Source: a virus
IMG/VR virus record: IMGVR_UViG_3300025237_000001
Coordinates: 133,359-197,358 of that record
DNA: 64,000 bases
Direction: 5' to 3' (one strand)
Shown piece by piece: positions 1 to 10,437 of the stretch (position 1 is the stretch's first letter; every line of letters starts with the position of its first letter). The notes below the pieces were generated by a model that ran no database searches, had not been told where the DNA came from, and saw nothing but the letters and a program-made list of their open reading frames with translations. Both the position numbers and the translations under genes were made by a program.

Positions 1-2
1 GT

Positions 3-713
3 CAAACAGGACAATCTAACGGTAAGTTGATTATTAATTCAATTATAGGTGGTGTTTCACCATATGATATAGCGATAACGGGACCAGTTGCATCAAATCA
101 TACTGACATTTCATTTTCATTAACCGTTGATAATTTACCTCAAGGTACGTATAACATATTAGTTACCGACAGCAATGACCCAGCGGCTACATATCCTGAG
201 ACAATAACGATTTCAGTACCAGACCCTTTAAACGTGAATGAGGTTTTATTTGACCCTAGATGTTTTGATTATTCAGATGGGTCAATACTTGTAACAATAG
301 AAGGTGGTACACAAGAATATTTAGTTAACATGACCAAAAGTAATGGTAGTTCAGTTGGTGTTTCATCACAATCACAATCACCACCTTGGACTTACCTTTA
401 CGATAGTTTAAGGGCTGATACATATTCTTTAATTGTTACAGATGTATTTAACCAATCATATTCAAATAATATTCAATTAATCGAGAACCAATTAGGTTTA
501 ACCTTTGAAATAAGTGGGTTTGATTTGATTATTTTATTAACGGGTTCTATCGATGGTGTGCAATACGAATTAATAAATCAAAATGGTGATATCCAAGCCA
601 CCCCAGTAGGTCAAGGACCGAACACGCAACAAATTCATGAAGTAATATTAGGCGTTGATATACAAGGTTGGCGTGTAAGAAGTGAACATGGTTGCCAAAG
701 TAATAGTTTATAA
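3..713 (+). CDS. 5'-partial virion structural protein with a SprB-like repeat
   Basis: Frame open from position 3; segment DPLNVNEVLFDPRCFDYSDGSILVTIEGGTQEY resembles SprB repeats; first gene of a tightly coupled structural run. Confidence 0.55.
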   Translation, partial: QTGQSNGKLIINSIIGGVSPYDIAITGPVASNHTDISFSLTVDNLPQGTYNILVTDSNDPAATYPETITISVPDPLNVNEVLFDPRCFDYSDGSILVTIEGGTQEYLVNMTKSNGSSVGVSSQSQSPPWTYLYDSLRADTYSLIVTDVFNQSYSNNIQLIENQLGLTFEISGFDLIILLTGSIDGVQYELINQNGDIQATPVGQGPNTQQIHEVILGVDIQGWRVRSEHGCQSNSL

Positions 714-2407
714 TGGAAAATAGAAAATATAAATTAAATAGTGCATCATCGCAAAGAGCGGTGAATGAAGATACATTCGATAAAGTTCATCTTGAATCGA
801 AGAGTAATCTTGTACCTATGGGTGAAACCAACAAAGTCATTAACGTAGGTGAACAATTCAATACTGAAAGACAAGATTCAAAATATTATAGAATAACAGG
901 GTCATTCAATACTTTATTTAATAACACATTATTTAACACAACTGGCACTAACAGTTGGACTACCTTTAATCAAAATGCCTTTAGGGTAATACCTAACGGT
1001 GATATGAATGACAGTAGTGATGATTTAACATATAGAGAAGCAGTGTCAAAATACTGGATGGAAAATAATGGTTGGTTTGGTTATAACGACCCAAATCCAG
1101 CAAATCAAAAATTATGTACTTGGGTTGATATGGAACCAAGAAGAGAGTTATTTTCGTTAACACCAAAAAACTTAGATAAAAATTGGGAACTTACAATAAC
1201 TTACCCAACAAAATTAGGTGGAATGGAAGGTGATTATTTTCATCCTATTGTTAATGGTGGGTTATTCCTAATAGACGTTTCTCAAACCGTTATTGGTGAA
1301 AGAGATATGTTAACCTTCGCAACACCAGTTAAACATAATTTAAAACAAGGTGATGCAGTAGATTTAAGTGGGTTATTAATAAACGATGGTAGTTCTACCT
1401 TAAGTCCTTATAACGGTCAATATTCAGTTATTAGATTAGGTAAGGATAATGGAGATGAAAAAGAATATTATTTTAGTGTAGACATTGAAGAATTAATTGC
1501 TACTGACTCAACATCTAGAATGAGTAAGATGGTTAATGGTAGAAAATCTAGTTATTATGTTAGGGTATTTACAAAGATTAAAACACAATTTACCAATGTG
1601 ATAGAGGATGATGATTACGAAATCTACCCATTGGCTTTTGGACAAACAATATATGAAGATAAGGCACAGCAATTTGTGTTTAATGAAGATATTGATATTT
1701 CAGATTTAAAGGATAATTTAAATAGACCTCTTAGTGAGATTTACTTAACAATTGTTAAAACAAGTACTAATGGATTCACACCAATTAAATCTGGGGTTAA
1801 AATGCCGTTATTCACTAATGCAGCAAATAATAACGGACTTTCTGATATCAATAGAATAACAAATGATTCAAATAGCCACATACCATTAGATGAGAATGTA
1901 TTAATAGATAATGACGCATTTTATGGTGATGTTGTTGAGTACAGTGTATTTGAACTTAAAGAAACGGTACTAGGAGATGTTTACCATCGATTTAACACGT
2001 TTAATAGAGAAAGTGGTGGTAATGTTGATGGAATTTATTTGGGACTTAGATATGAGGGTTATATGTATAAACCACATCACAAGATTAAAATTAGAGAATA
2101 TTCTAATTATATAGAACAAGGGAATTTCAGTACATTGAATAAACCTTCATACGCAACATCATTAAACGATGGTAGATACATATGGAGAGATTTATTAGAT
2201 ATTGGATTGAATGATACTCAAGAAACGTATTTGGATTACCCATTTTTGAATGGAAGTCATTATATAAATTCTTGTATAACATTACCGTTATTTAGACAAG
2301 ACCCATTTGGGTTTTACGGGTTACAGTGGGGAAGTTACCCAACGGAAGCTCAAGGAAATATGATGGATGATAAAGTAATAACTAAAACTTCACAAGATGT
2401 CTGTTAA
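713..2407 (+). CDS. putative virion structural protein (564 aa)
   Basis: Long ORF, stop/start overlap with neighbours, Asn/Asp/Thr-rich, inside the tail module. Confidence 0.6.
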   Translation: MENRKYKLNSASSQRAVNEDTFDKVHLESKSNLVPMGETNKVINVGEQFNTERQDSKYYRITGSFNTLFNNTLFNTTGTNSWTTFNQNAFRVIPNGDMNDSSDDLTYREAVSKYWMENNGWFGYNDPNPANQKLCTWVDMEPRRELFSLTPKNLDKNWELTITYPTKLGGMEGDYFHPIVNGGLFLIDVSQTVIGERDMLTFATPVKHNLKQGDAVDLSGLLINDGSSTLSPYNGQYSVIRLGKDNGDEKEYYFSVDIEELIATDSTSRMSKMVNGRKSSYYVRVFTKIKTQFTNVIEDDDYEIYPLAFGQTIYEDKAQQFVFNEDIDISDLKDNLNRPLSEIYLTIVKTSTNGFTPIKSGVKMPLFTNAANNNGLSDINRITNDSNSHIPLDENVLIDNDAFYGDVVEYSVFELKETVLGDVYHRFNTFNRESGGNVDGIYLGLRYEGYMYKPHHKIKIREYSNYIEQGNFSTLNKPSYATSLNDGRYIWRDLLDIGLNDTQETYLDYPFLNGSHYINSCITLPLFRQDPFGFYGLQWGSYPTEAQGNMMDDKVITKTSQDVC

Positions 2408-3308
2408 CAAATATACAATTAGAATTGCTGATTTTGAAATAAATGAAGTTGAAAATCTTAATAAATCCCTTAAAATTCCAATTAACTTGGATTTTAATTC
2501 AGTTGACCAAGCTGAGGTTGTTAATAGAGACTTTATTTCACATGAAGTAGAAAAATCAATCAACCCAATTCTTGATTACGAAAAAACTAGATTTTCACCA
2601 ACTTTAATGAATGGTGATTTAACAAATAAGGTAAAGATAAACTTAAATTTTCTAAACGGTTCAGGTGGATATGCAACTCCAAGTTATTATAGTGATATTG
2701 GATTTGATGATAATGATATTAGATTTCAAAAAAACAGGTTTAAAAATTCGTTTTTGAAATTAAGTTTTTTTGATTCAGATAAACCAACCAACCAAAATCT
2801 AATTTCAATAATGACGATTTACTCTAAATTATACAAAACTGATTTGAAACAGTTGGTAGACACCAACGGTAATATTCAAGTTGGTGGTGGATTACCATTG
2901 AATGCTAATCAAATTTCAGTTAGACTAGAATTGGAGAATCCAATTGTAAAACCAGATGGTTTTGCGGAAGGATTTTATGTATACCATTATAAAACCAATT
3001 TAGATAATACAGGTAAGACGTTAGAACAAAACACTAAATCGTTAATACCAACAAACGAAAAGAGAGAAAGTTTATATATGAGGGCAGAGTTTAATAACGC
3101 TGCAAATGGTAAAATAACTAAATTTATAACGACAAGTGGTTTATTAAATATAAATGATTTGATTAAAAAATTACATGTAAAGTATTTATTAAAAAGGAAT
3201 GCAACTGGGTATTACTACTCATTGAGCACTAATTATAATAATGCTGATAATATAATTGAAACAGGAGCTGGTGTTACGTTAAACCTTTATGAAATAAGAG
3301 CTGAATAA
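2397..3308 (+). CDS. putative virion structural protein
   Basis: Coupled 303-aa ORF in structural operon. Confidence 0.55.
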   Translation: MSVNKYTIRIADFEINEVENLNKSLKIPINLDFNSVDQAEVVNRDFISHEVEKSINPILDYEKTRFSPTLMNGDLTNKVKINLNFLNGSGGYATPSYYSDIGFDDNDIRFQKNRFKNSFLKLSFFDSDKPTNQNLISIMTIYSKLYKTDLKQLVDTNGNIQVGGGLPLNANQISVRLELENPIVKPDGFAEGFYVYHYKTNLDNTGKTLEQNTKSLIPTNEKRESLYMRAEFNNAANGKITKFITTSGLLNINDLIKKLHVKYLLKRNATGYYYSLSTNYNNADNIIETGAGVTLNLYEIRAE

Positions 3309-4057
3309 TGGATATAATTAAAAGAAAAATATTAGTAAATAAATCGAATTCTACAATTGTAGAATCGATTGAACCTATTAGATTTAAAATTCCATTGTAT
3401 CAAACGATAGAAAATATGGGGTTGAAGTCTGATATGCCGACTAATACTATGATTCACCCAACTTCATCTGGACTTCCATTGGAGTTTACGAGTCAAGGGG
3501 TTATAAGTGATTGGTATAAGCAAGGTAATACGGTGGTTTATGCATCTGATTCTAAATTAAATGAAGTTAAATCTTATGATAAGAACGAACAATATAAGAT
3601 AGACTTCGATATGAAAAAAGAATCATATTCTAATTTCGAATCAACAACCATTATAGGTGTTGATAGAGTTACGAATATTGACAATGATGCGATTACATAT
3701 GTTCTGGACACTAAACGTGATAACCTATTAGGTACTACGGGGCAAACAACAGGTACGTTATACACTGATAATACACCAGATAATCTATTTTTACCAGCTG
3801 AATTAGATAATAATATAACGAAAACAAGGGTTCAATATGAGAGTGAAGGTTGGAATAGAACTAACGCTTCATTAACACCACAAATTCAGGAAGAATATTT
3901 ATTAGGGATAATTAGTCAACCAGAAGTTAAAAGTGATGTATTTATAGATAGAAGCACTTTTAGTGTTTTAGATAAACATTTAAGATTATCTGAAATAGAA
4001 AGTCTAGACCATCTAACAAGATATGGTAATGGATTTTATAATATTAATAGAGATTAA
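3308..4057 (+). CDS. putative virion structural protein
   Basis: Coupled 249-aa ORF in structural operon. Confidence 0.55.
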   Translation: MDIIKRKILVNKSNSTIVESIEPIRFKIPLYQTIENMGLKSDMPTNTMIHPTSSGLPLEFTSQGVISDWYKQGNTVVYASDSKLNEVKSYDKNEQYKIDFDMKKESYSNFESTTIIGVDRVTNIDNDAITYVLDTKRDNLLGTTGQTTGTLYTDNTPDNLFLPAELDNNITKTRVQYESEGWNRTNASLTPQIQEEYLLGIISQPEVKSDVFIDRSTFSVLDKHLRLSEIESLDHLTRYGNGFYNINRD

Positions 4058-4069
4058 AAAGAAATAATT

Positions 4070-4981
4070 ATGGCAGTAGGAAATTACGGAACAGTAAGAC
4101 CAGCCGATGTATCATTAGATGATGTTGAGGTTTTCTTACATTACACACCATCAAGAAATGAAATAGGTGATACAACGCTAACTAAGTTAAATACGACTGA
4201 TGTGCTTTCACAAGTTAATAACCCAAACAACCCAAATGTGGTTGAAATTTTTGGTGGAATGTATACATTGACGTTACCTAGCACTATTTTCTCAGAAAAG
4301 GGAATTTATACAATATCGATTAAACCACTAGAAATTAGAACAAGTATTTTAGATTGTGGTGTTTTAGCCGCAAAGTCAGATATCAAAGGGTTAATATTTG
4401 ATACAGCTTCTACGAATCTAAATAGCGCATATGCTTCTAGGTTTAGAAATGGTGGTTTAGTAGGTTATAGAGTTGAATATTTAGATAATCTTAAAGCTGA
4501 TGTTAAAACAAGAAATTTCTTCACAATCATTACATCTAATAATAGAGTTGATGTGGTTAATCAAAACTTAACCAACACTAACCAAAAAGCGGTTAGATAT
4601 AATTTCAATAACAACTCTAGTTTAGTATTTACGACAGTAACACCAAGTTCAGCCTCAAATGTGAAACCTAATGTGTTACCATTTATTGGTGAACCTAATC
4701 AAGATGTGATAATCACAAACACTTTCTTCAATCCAGTTATGATTGAAATAGAAATGGTTGAGTATGACGTTGAATCATTAGCAATCGGTCTATATGGACC
4801 ACAAAGTAAATCTGTTGAAGATGGTATTTACACTAATTATACCTTTGATAAAGAAATTTACAAACAATATAATTTATTTGAAATAAAAGACCAATTTACA
4901 GGAGAACCTGTATTTGAAATAAGAGAACCTAGAACTGAAATAGATTTTAGTAAAGATTTTGACGATATAAGCCAAGTATAA
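4070..4981 (+). CDS. putative baseplate/structural protein
   Basis: 303-aa ORF, beta-rich composition, coupled to next gene. Confidence 0.55.
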   Translation: MAVGNYGTVRPADVSLDDVEVFLHYTPSRNEIGDTTLTKLNTTDVLSQVNNPNNPNVVEIFGGMYTLTLPSTIFSEKGIYTISIKPLEIRTSILDCGVLAAKSDIKGLIFDTASTNLNSAYASRFRNGGLVGYRVEYLDNLKADVKTRNFFTIITSNNRVDVVNQNLTNTNQKAVRYNFNNNSSLVFTTVTPSSASNVKPNVLPFIGEPNQDVIITNTFFNPVMIEIEMVEYDVESLAIGLYGPQSKSVEDGIYTNYTFDKEIYKQYNLFEIKDQFTGEPVFEIREPRTEIDFSKDFDDISQV

Positions 4982-7900
4982 TGAGCACTGATACTAGTAA
5001 TAATAACAACAACTTAGTAAAAATAGTAGGATACGCCAAAAAAGATTTTTTTGACAACGGTATCGAATATAGAAACTTCTCACCAGATTTGGTAGGACAA
5101 CAATTCGCTAGTGATGAAGGTACCCCTATTTTCACTTCGGGTAATTTTAATATTTCTACTAATTTAGATAGTAAAGTTGATAAAAATTTTATTACTAACC
5201 CATTTAGTAATTTCATATCTCTAGATACTTTGAATTTAGATGATGGGTTAGAAGCTATCACTACTAGGTATTCTAAACACGCTAAATTAAACTTAGATTA
5301 CACTGATATGTTAAATTACGCCCAATTTGGGTCGTTAAAGGAATATATCAGAGTTTCACTAGAAAACATTATAATAAATTGGGCAGCGTCATTGTATATT
5401 ACTGAAGTCTCCCAAACTGATACAACAATAACTGGTGATACTACTGTTGGTTATGGATACACACTATTTTCTAATACGTGTACATTTCAAATTGAAACTG
5501 ATAGAATTAATAACCCATTTGAAATTAATTACATCGAAGGTGGTACAATTGTTAATACATTTAACGAAAGTAACCCATTAAGGGATTTAATTTTAAATTA
5601 TAGTAGTTACGTTATTTCAAATAAATACGGTGATTTCCCTATTGTTGATATAACAGGGGCTACAGGGTTAACAGGTTCATTTATTTCACTAATAGTAGAA
5701 GGTAATGCATTCCCAAATGATGGTTCAGAGACATTAGACTATCACGTTAAACCAAACGCAAATAAATTTGAAGAATTTTTTTTAAGTTTAAATCAATTTG
5801 AAAATAACTTATTAAATAGACTAACCATCCCCGCATATACTGGAAAATTTAAAGTATATAATGAGACTGAAACTGGTGCAATCGTTGAGACGTTTAAAGA
5901 ATTAACGTGGCCCGTATCTGATGGTTATAATTTAGATTTTAATACAATAGATTATACTAATTACGTTTCCGAATTATTATCAATTGCTACGATTAATGAT
6001 AATTCTAAATCTGATTTAATGGTTAGATTTTTAGTATCTACATCAATATCAGAATTTGATAGTATACCAGATATTAATGGTACGTATTCTGGTAGTGAGA
6101 GTGGTGGTCAGAAGATGACTAGTACATTAAAAGTTTATGGTAGAGAATTTGACGAAATAAACGATTACATAACAGGAATTTCATTTGCTAATGTAGTTAC
6201 ATATGATAAGAAAAATAATACACCAGATGCAGTAGTTAAAAACTTAGCTAGAGTATTAGGATGGCAATTAACAACTTCAATTACTGAAATTGACGTGTTA
6301 GATAATTTCTTGAATTTAAATCCAAACTATTATGATGGTTATTCAAGAGGATATAGTGATGCTGAGGTTGAAATTGAATTATGGAGAAGAATAGTACTTA
6401 ACACACCTTGGCTTTGGAAATCTAAGGGTACTAGGAAGGCAATAGAGTTCTTATTTAAGTTCATAGGTGCGCCAGATGGTTTAGTGACCTTTAATGAACA
6501 CTTATACGTTGCTAACGATGTAGTGGATATTGAATTAATCATCGAAATGATGGAATACTTCAATGGAACTAACGATATTTCAGGTCTTAATTTTGATGCT
6601 GATGGATATCCATTGGTTTTACCAGACACCCCAGAGATGTATTTCCAAAAAGCTGGTCTATGGTATAGAACAACAGGTGGTCCAAGCCCAGATATTGACA
6701 TATTAAAGGGTAATAACCCACATATTGGTCCTTACGATGGTGGTCAAGCTTATATTGACCAATTTACCGATTGTTTAATCCCTAACTACGAGGATTGTAA
6801 TAGTCCAACACCTAGTATATGTGATGGATATACACCAACTGGTAATGTATTAAAGAATTGGCAAGTTTTTAGTTATTCGGGTGGTACAACCGTAGTTGTA
6901 CCAAGTGTTGAGTGTTGTTTTAAACACGGATTTATCGATGATGTTAGAAGTGGTGTAATTCATTGTGTTTATGACCCAACATCTAGAAGAATATTTCAGG
7001 AAGCAACTGACACAACAATTATTGACCCTTGTATTGGCACAGGATTTACATTAAATGAAGTTAATTTATTTACAAATTACGCTATCGGTACCTTTGACGA
7101 GTGCTGTAGTTCAACCAAAGATGTTGACATAGATACTGACCAAAATTTTGATGGGATTTTAACAGAAAATATTAATAAAATATTAAGGTCTAACCCAGTT
7201 ACTGAAACTGGTTGTACGTTCACAAACGTATGGGAAGTAACTGCTTATTATGAAGGTGAAAGTATTTACGTTAATGAGTGGTACACTGGTGCAACAGCAC
7301 CAGATAAAACACAATACCTTGCTGAATTATATAATTTAAGTGGAACTACTGAATTAAGCGCAGCTACTTTCGTAGATATTAACGATATCCTTACGGTTAG
7401 TATTGATAGTGATTGTGAACCTATTCTTAATGAAAAAACAGGTAAATTTACAGTTCCAGCTGATGAATATTTAAGAATAGATTTATGTATTTCAACAGAT
7501 TTTAATTGTGTTGATGAAACAGTAACAGGGTTAACAGGGTTCAATATTAGTAAATCTAATGATGACGCTTGTAGTCCAAGAAGTGCGTTAGCACTTGATG
7601 AATTCTATTACCATAATGGTATAGGTTCATTACCAGCGGTAGGTGATTATGTTTATTATGATATTAACGGTCTAACACCATTTGTTAGTGGTGATAAAGA
7701 AAGATTTATGGGTGGTGATTGGACAATTGTAACAAATTGGTTAGAAACTGATGCAACAGGACTTATGATTGAAATTATATGTCCAATATTTAGTTGTTTA
7801 GTAACTACAGGTCAAGGAATATTAAATGTTATTAATAAATCAATAGACAATAACTTGTTCTGGGTTGATGGTGTTACACAATTAAGAAGTACTAAAATAA

Positions 7901-8193
7901 CATATGAATTATTTGATGTAGTTGCTACACAATACGGACAATCCGTAACCGCTACAATTTCTGATGGTTTTGCAGCTTACCAACTTACTGAGGATAACCC
8001 TATAATTTCACTTACTAAAGATATTAACCCGAATGGTGGTAGTAATTCGTCAGGTCTTTATGATTATGACGCACACTTTACTTATGCGTCAAGTGTAGTA
8101 TCATTTAAAGTTAGAATGATTGTAACAGAAATAAAAGATGAATGTATATTAGGTACTAATACACAAACTATATCAATTGGAACTAATAAATAA
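4981..8193 (+). CDS. tail/baseplate protein with P2 gpI-like segment and Cys-rich C-terminal modules
   Basis: LARVLGWQL...LWKSKGTRKAIEFL resembles tail protein I-like domains; CC-containing module near aa 615-665. Confidence 0.55.
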   Translation: MSTDTSNNNNNLVKIVGYAKKDFFDNGIEYRNFSPDLVGQQFASDEGTPIFTSGNFNISTNLDSKVDKNFITNPFSNFISLDTLNLDDGLEAITTRYSKHAKLNLDYTDMLNYAQFGSLKEYIRVSLENIIINWAASLYITEVSQTDTTITGDTTVGYGYTLFSNTCTFQIETDRINNPFEINYIEGGTIVNTFNESNPLRDLILNYSSYVISNKYGDFPIVDITGATGLTGSFISLIVEGNAFPNDGSETLDYHVKPNANKFEEFFLSLNQFENNLLNRLTIPAYTGKFKVYNETETGAIVETFKELTWPVSDGYNLDFNTIDYTNYVSELLSIATINDNSKSDLMVRFLVSTSISEFDSIPDINGTYSGSESGGQKMTSTLKVYGREFDEINDYITGISFANVVTYDKKNNTPDAVVKNLARVLGWQLTTSITEIDVLDNFLNLNPNYYDGYSRGYSDAEVEIELWRRIVLNTPWLWKSKGTRKAIEFLFKFIGAPDGLVTFNEHLYVANDVVDIELIIEMMEYFNGTNDISGLNFDADGYPLVLPDTPEMYFQKAGLWYRTTGGPSPDIDILKGNNPHIGPYDGGQAYIDQFTDCLIPNYEDCNSPTPSICDGYTPTGNVLKNWQVFSYSGGTTVVVPSVECCFKHGFIDDVRSGVIHCVYDPTSRRIFQEATDTTIIDPCIGTGFTLNEVNLFTNYAIGTFDECCSSTKDVDIDTDQNFDGILTENINKILRSNPVTETGCTFTNVWEVTAYYEGESIYVNEWYTGATAPDKTQYLAELYNLSGTTELSAATFVDINDILTVSIDSDCEPILNEKTGKFTVPADEYLRIDLCISTDFNCVDETVTGLTGFNISKSNDDACSPRSALALDEFYYHNGIGSLPAVGDYVYYDINGLTPFVSGDKERFMGGDWTIVTNWLETDATGLMIEIICPIFSCLVTTGQGILNVINKSIDNNLFWVDGVTQLRSTKITYELFDVVATQYGQSVTATISDGFAAYQLTEDNPIISLTKDINPNGGSNSSGLYDYDAHFTYASSVVSFKVRMIVTEIKDECILGTNTQTISIGTNK

Positions 8194-8198
8194 AAATT

Positions 8199-9314
8199 AT
8201 GAGTATATCAGGAACAACAGAGACATGTGAAATTCTAACCAACACCCCATTTGTGGTGCAAGGTGGTTTGAATGAAATCAATTTATCAACGATTACAATC
8301 ACTGATGAAAATGGGTTAGATGTGGAAACATGTTTCGGAATTTCAACGGATATTATAACCGTAGATGGTACTAATGTGACTTTAACGGGTGAGTGTGACA
8401 CTAGTTTAGAAATTCTTATAACTCAAGGAATTGACATTCCAATTAGTTGTGAGTATGTTTCATATGAGATTGGTCAAGATGGTGTACTTGTATTTACGTT
8501 TGCTGATGGTTCAATAAGTACTAACATTCATCCAGATTGTTGTACGTTCATTGGTTATGACCCTGAGATTGGACCTGAACATTGGTGGATATGTAGGTCT
8601 ATACCTATTATCGACCCATTAGATTGTGATAATTATACACCAACTGGTGCTTATTTAGGTGATTGGGCGATTTTCGACTTTATCACTGGTGGTACTGTAA
8701 CAACTGTACCAAGTGCGCAATGTTGTTACGACCATGGACTTATTGATTTAATGGTAAACGGTGAGATTAAATGTGTTGTTGAAGTGGTTAGTCCTTGTGA
8801 AGGATATGAAGTAATTGAACCTGTTCCATTAACTGGACCAATTCCATTTACTGACCCGAATGGTCAACAAACAGTAATAGTGCCAGCATCCGAATGTTGT
8901 ACAAATTTAGGTTATAACTTTATGGTAAATGGTGGTGGGTTTACTTGCTACCAAAATAGTGGTGAACAACCAACAGTAAACATTACCAACGACCTATGTT
9001 GTCAAGAAGATGCACAATGTCACAGATGGGAATATGATATGCGAACAAGTAATTTAAATTCTGGTGATAGCTACGTAGTACAATATATTGATATTGCGGG
9101 TAATCAACAAATAGAAGAATTCTTTTGGGGTAATGATAGTATTGGATTCTTTTATGCTCAAGAAATGACACACATAGATTTCAATGGTCAAACGTGTTAT
9201 GATATTAACCCAATACCAAATAGTGATTGTGACCCAATAATATTAGGACAAAGCCATACAAATTGGGATGGTAGCTTTGTATCAAGTAACCCAATAATTA
9301 CATGTAGTGTATAA
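8199..9314 (+). CDS. Cys-rich repeat protein, putative tail fibre/adhesin
   Basis: Three to four repeats ending in P-x-x-x-CC-x-x-x-G. Confidence 0.55.
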   Translation: MSISGTTETCEILTNTPFVVQGGLNEINLSTITITDENGLDVETCFGISTDIITVDGTNVTLTGECDTSLEILITQGIDIPISCEYVSYEIGQDGVLVFTFADGSISTNIHPDCCTFIGYDPEIGPEHWWICRSIPIIDPLDCDNYTPTGAYLGDWAIFDFITGGTVTTVPSAQCCYDHGLIDLMVNGEIKCVVEVVSPCEGYEVIEPVPLTGPIPFTDPNGQQTVIVPASECCTNLGYNFMVNGGGFTCYQNSGEQPTVNITNDLCCQEDAQCHRWEYDMRTSNLNSGDSYVVQYIDIAGNQQIEEFFWGNDSIGFFYAQEMTHIDFNGQTCYDINPIPNSDCDPIILGQSHTNWDGSFVSSNPIITCSV

Positions 9315-9755
9315 ATGAAATTATTAAATAACATAATGCGAGTAAATGAACTTTGTGAAGGTGACTGTATAATAGTTGGTGGGGCATGTTCGTTTTTAAA
9401 CAACAAAAAGGAAGAGATTGATGTTAGGGATATAGATATTGTTATTACTAAAGAAAGTACATTAGATAAATTAACGGTATTAGGTGAAGTTGTGAAATCA
9501 AGAAATAACCAACTATTTGGTTTAGAAGTGGGTAGATACCACATAAAAATGGTTGGTGAGCACACTATTGATATATTTTTAAAAGAAAGTCATGCTGGTC
9601 ATGATACCATTAAAATTTTAAATAAAGAGTTGAAGAAAGATACGTTAGAAACACAAAAAAAATATTTGGAATTTCTAATTATTAATTCAAAAAAAATAAA
9701 TAAGGATGTTTTAGTAGAACGTTTTAATAAAAAATTAATTAGATTATGTGTGTAA
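9315..9755 (+). CDS. minimal nucleotidyltransferase-like protein (Pol beta superfamily)
   Basis: IIVGGACS...RDIDIVI (GG plus DxD motif). Confidence 0.5.
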   Translation: MKLLNNIMRVNELCEGDCIIVGGACSFLNNKKEEIDVRDIDIVITKESTLDKLTVLGEVVKSRNNQLFGLEVGRYHIKMVGEHTIDIFLKESHAGHDTIKILNKELKKDTLETQKKYLEFLIINSKKINKDVLVERFNKKLIRLCV

Positions 9756-10396
9756 TAAATATAAATTTAGATACAACAACCCCAGATGGTACTACAATTG
9801 TCTCAGCTTCTGGTCAATATCGACTTCAAGGGGCAACTAATTGGAGCACCCCTTTTAACATTGATTTAAGCAACCCAAATACTCCAAATATAACAGGTAT
9901 TGGAATTTATGAATTACGAGTGAATGTTACTAATAGTGTAGGTATTACAAGTGAATGGGCTTTAGGGAGCTTTGAAGTGTCTACAGTATGTGGTGGTGGT
10001 GGTGGACTACAAACATGTACCTCTAACTGTGGTAGTGGTTGGAACCAAGTGGTAGAAGTACCACAAGGGGAACAAAGATTTCTTACGATACAAAAAATTG
10101 GGTTAGCCACTTATGCTGGTTCATTATTTTTAGATAGTTTAATACCTTGTGATGATTTCATTGGCACACTTTTATCGAATGCTTCATCAAACAATATTTT
10201 AGAATTTGGTCCCTTTACCACAACAACAACGTTTAAGTTTGGGTTAGATGCTAACCAAAATCAAACTGGAACAGCTGTATCGCAACTAGTTATTAGAACA
10301 TACTCAGATGGCTTTGGTCAAGGTGAAGTTTCTGCTGATGCCTACTCTAGAACACATCGTTTGAATAATATAGGAAATGATGTGGTACATTGTTAA
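9746..10396 (+). CDS. putative structural protein with Ig/Fn3-like N-terminus
   Basis: GQYRLQGATNWS...GIYELRVNVTN beta-sandwich pattern. Confidence 0.45.
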   Translation: MCVININLDTTTPDGTTIVSASGQYRLQGATNWSTPFNIDLSNPNTPNITGIGIYELRVNVTNSVGITSEWALGSFEVSTVCGGGGGLQTCTSNCGSGWNQVVEVPQGEQRFLTIQKIGLATYAGSLFLDSLIPCDDFIGTLLSNASSNNILEFGPFTTTTTFKFGLDANQNQTGTAVSQLVIRTYSDGFGQGEVSADAYSRTHRLNNIGNDVVHC

Positions 10397-10437
10397 TTAA
10401 TAAAACATAATTACTATATTTATAATAAAGAATAATA

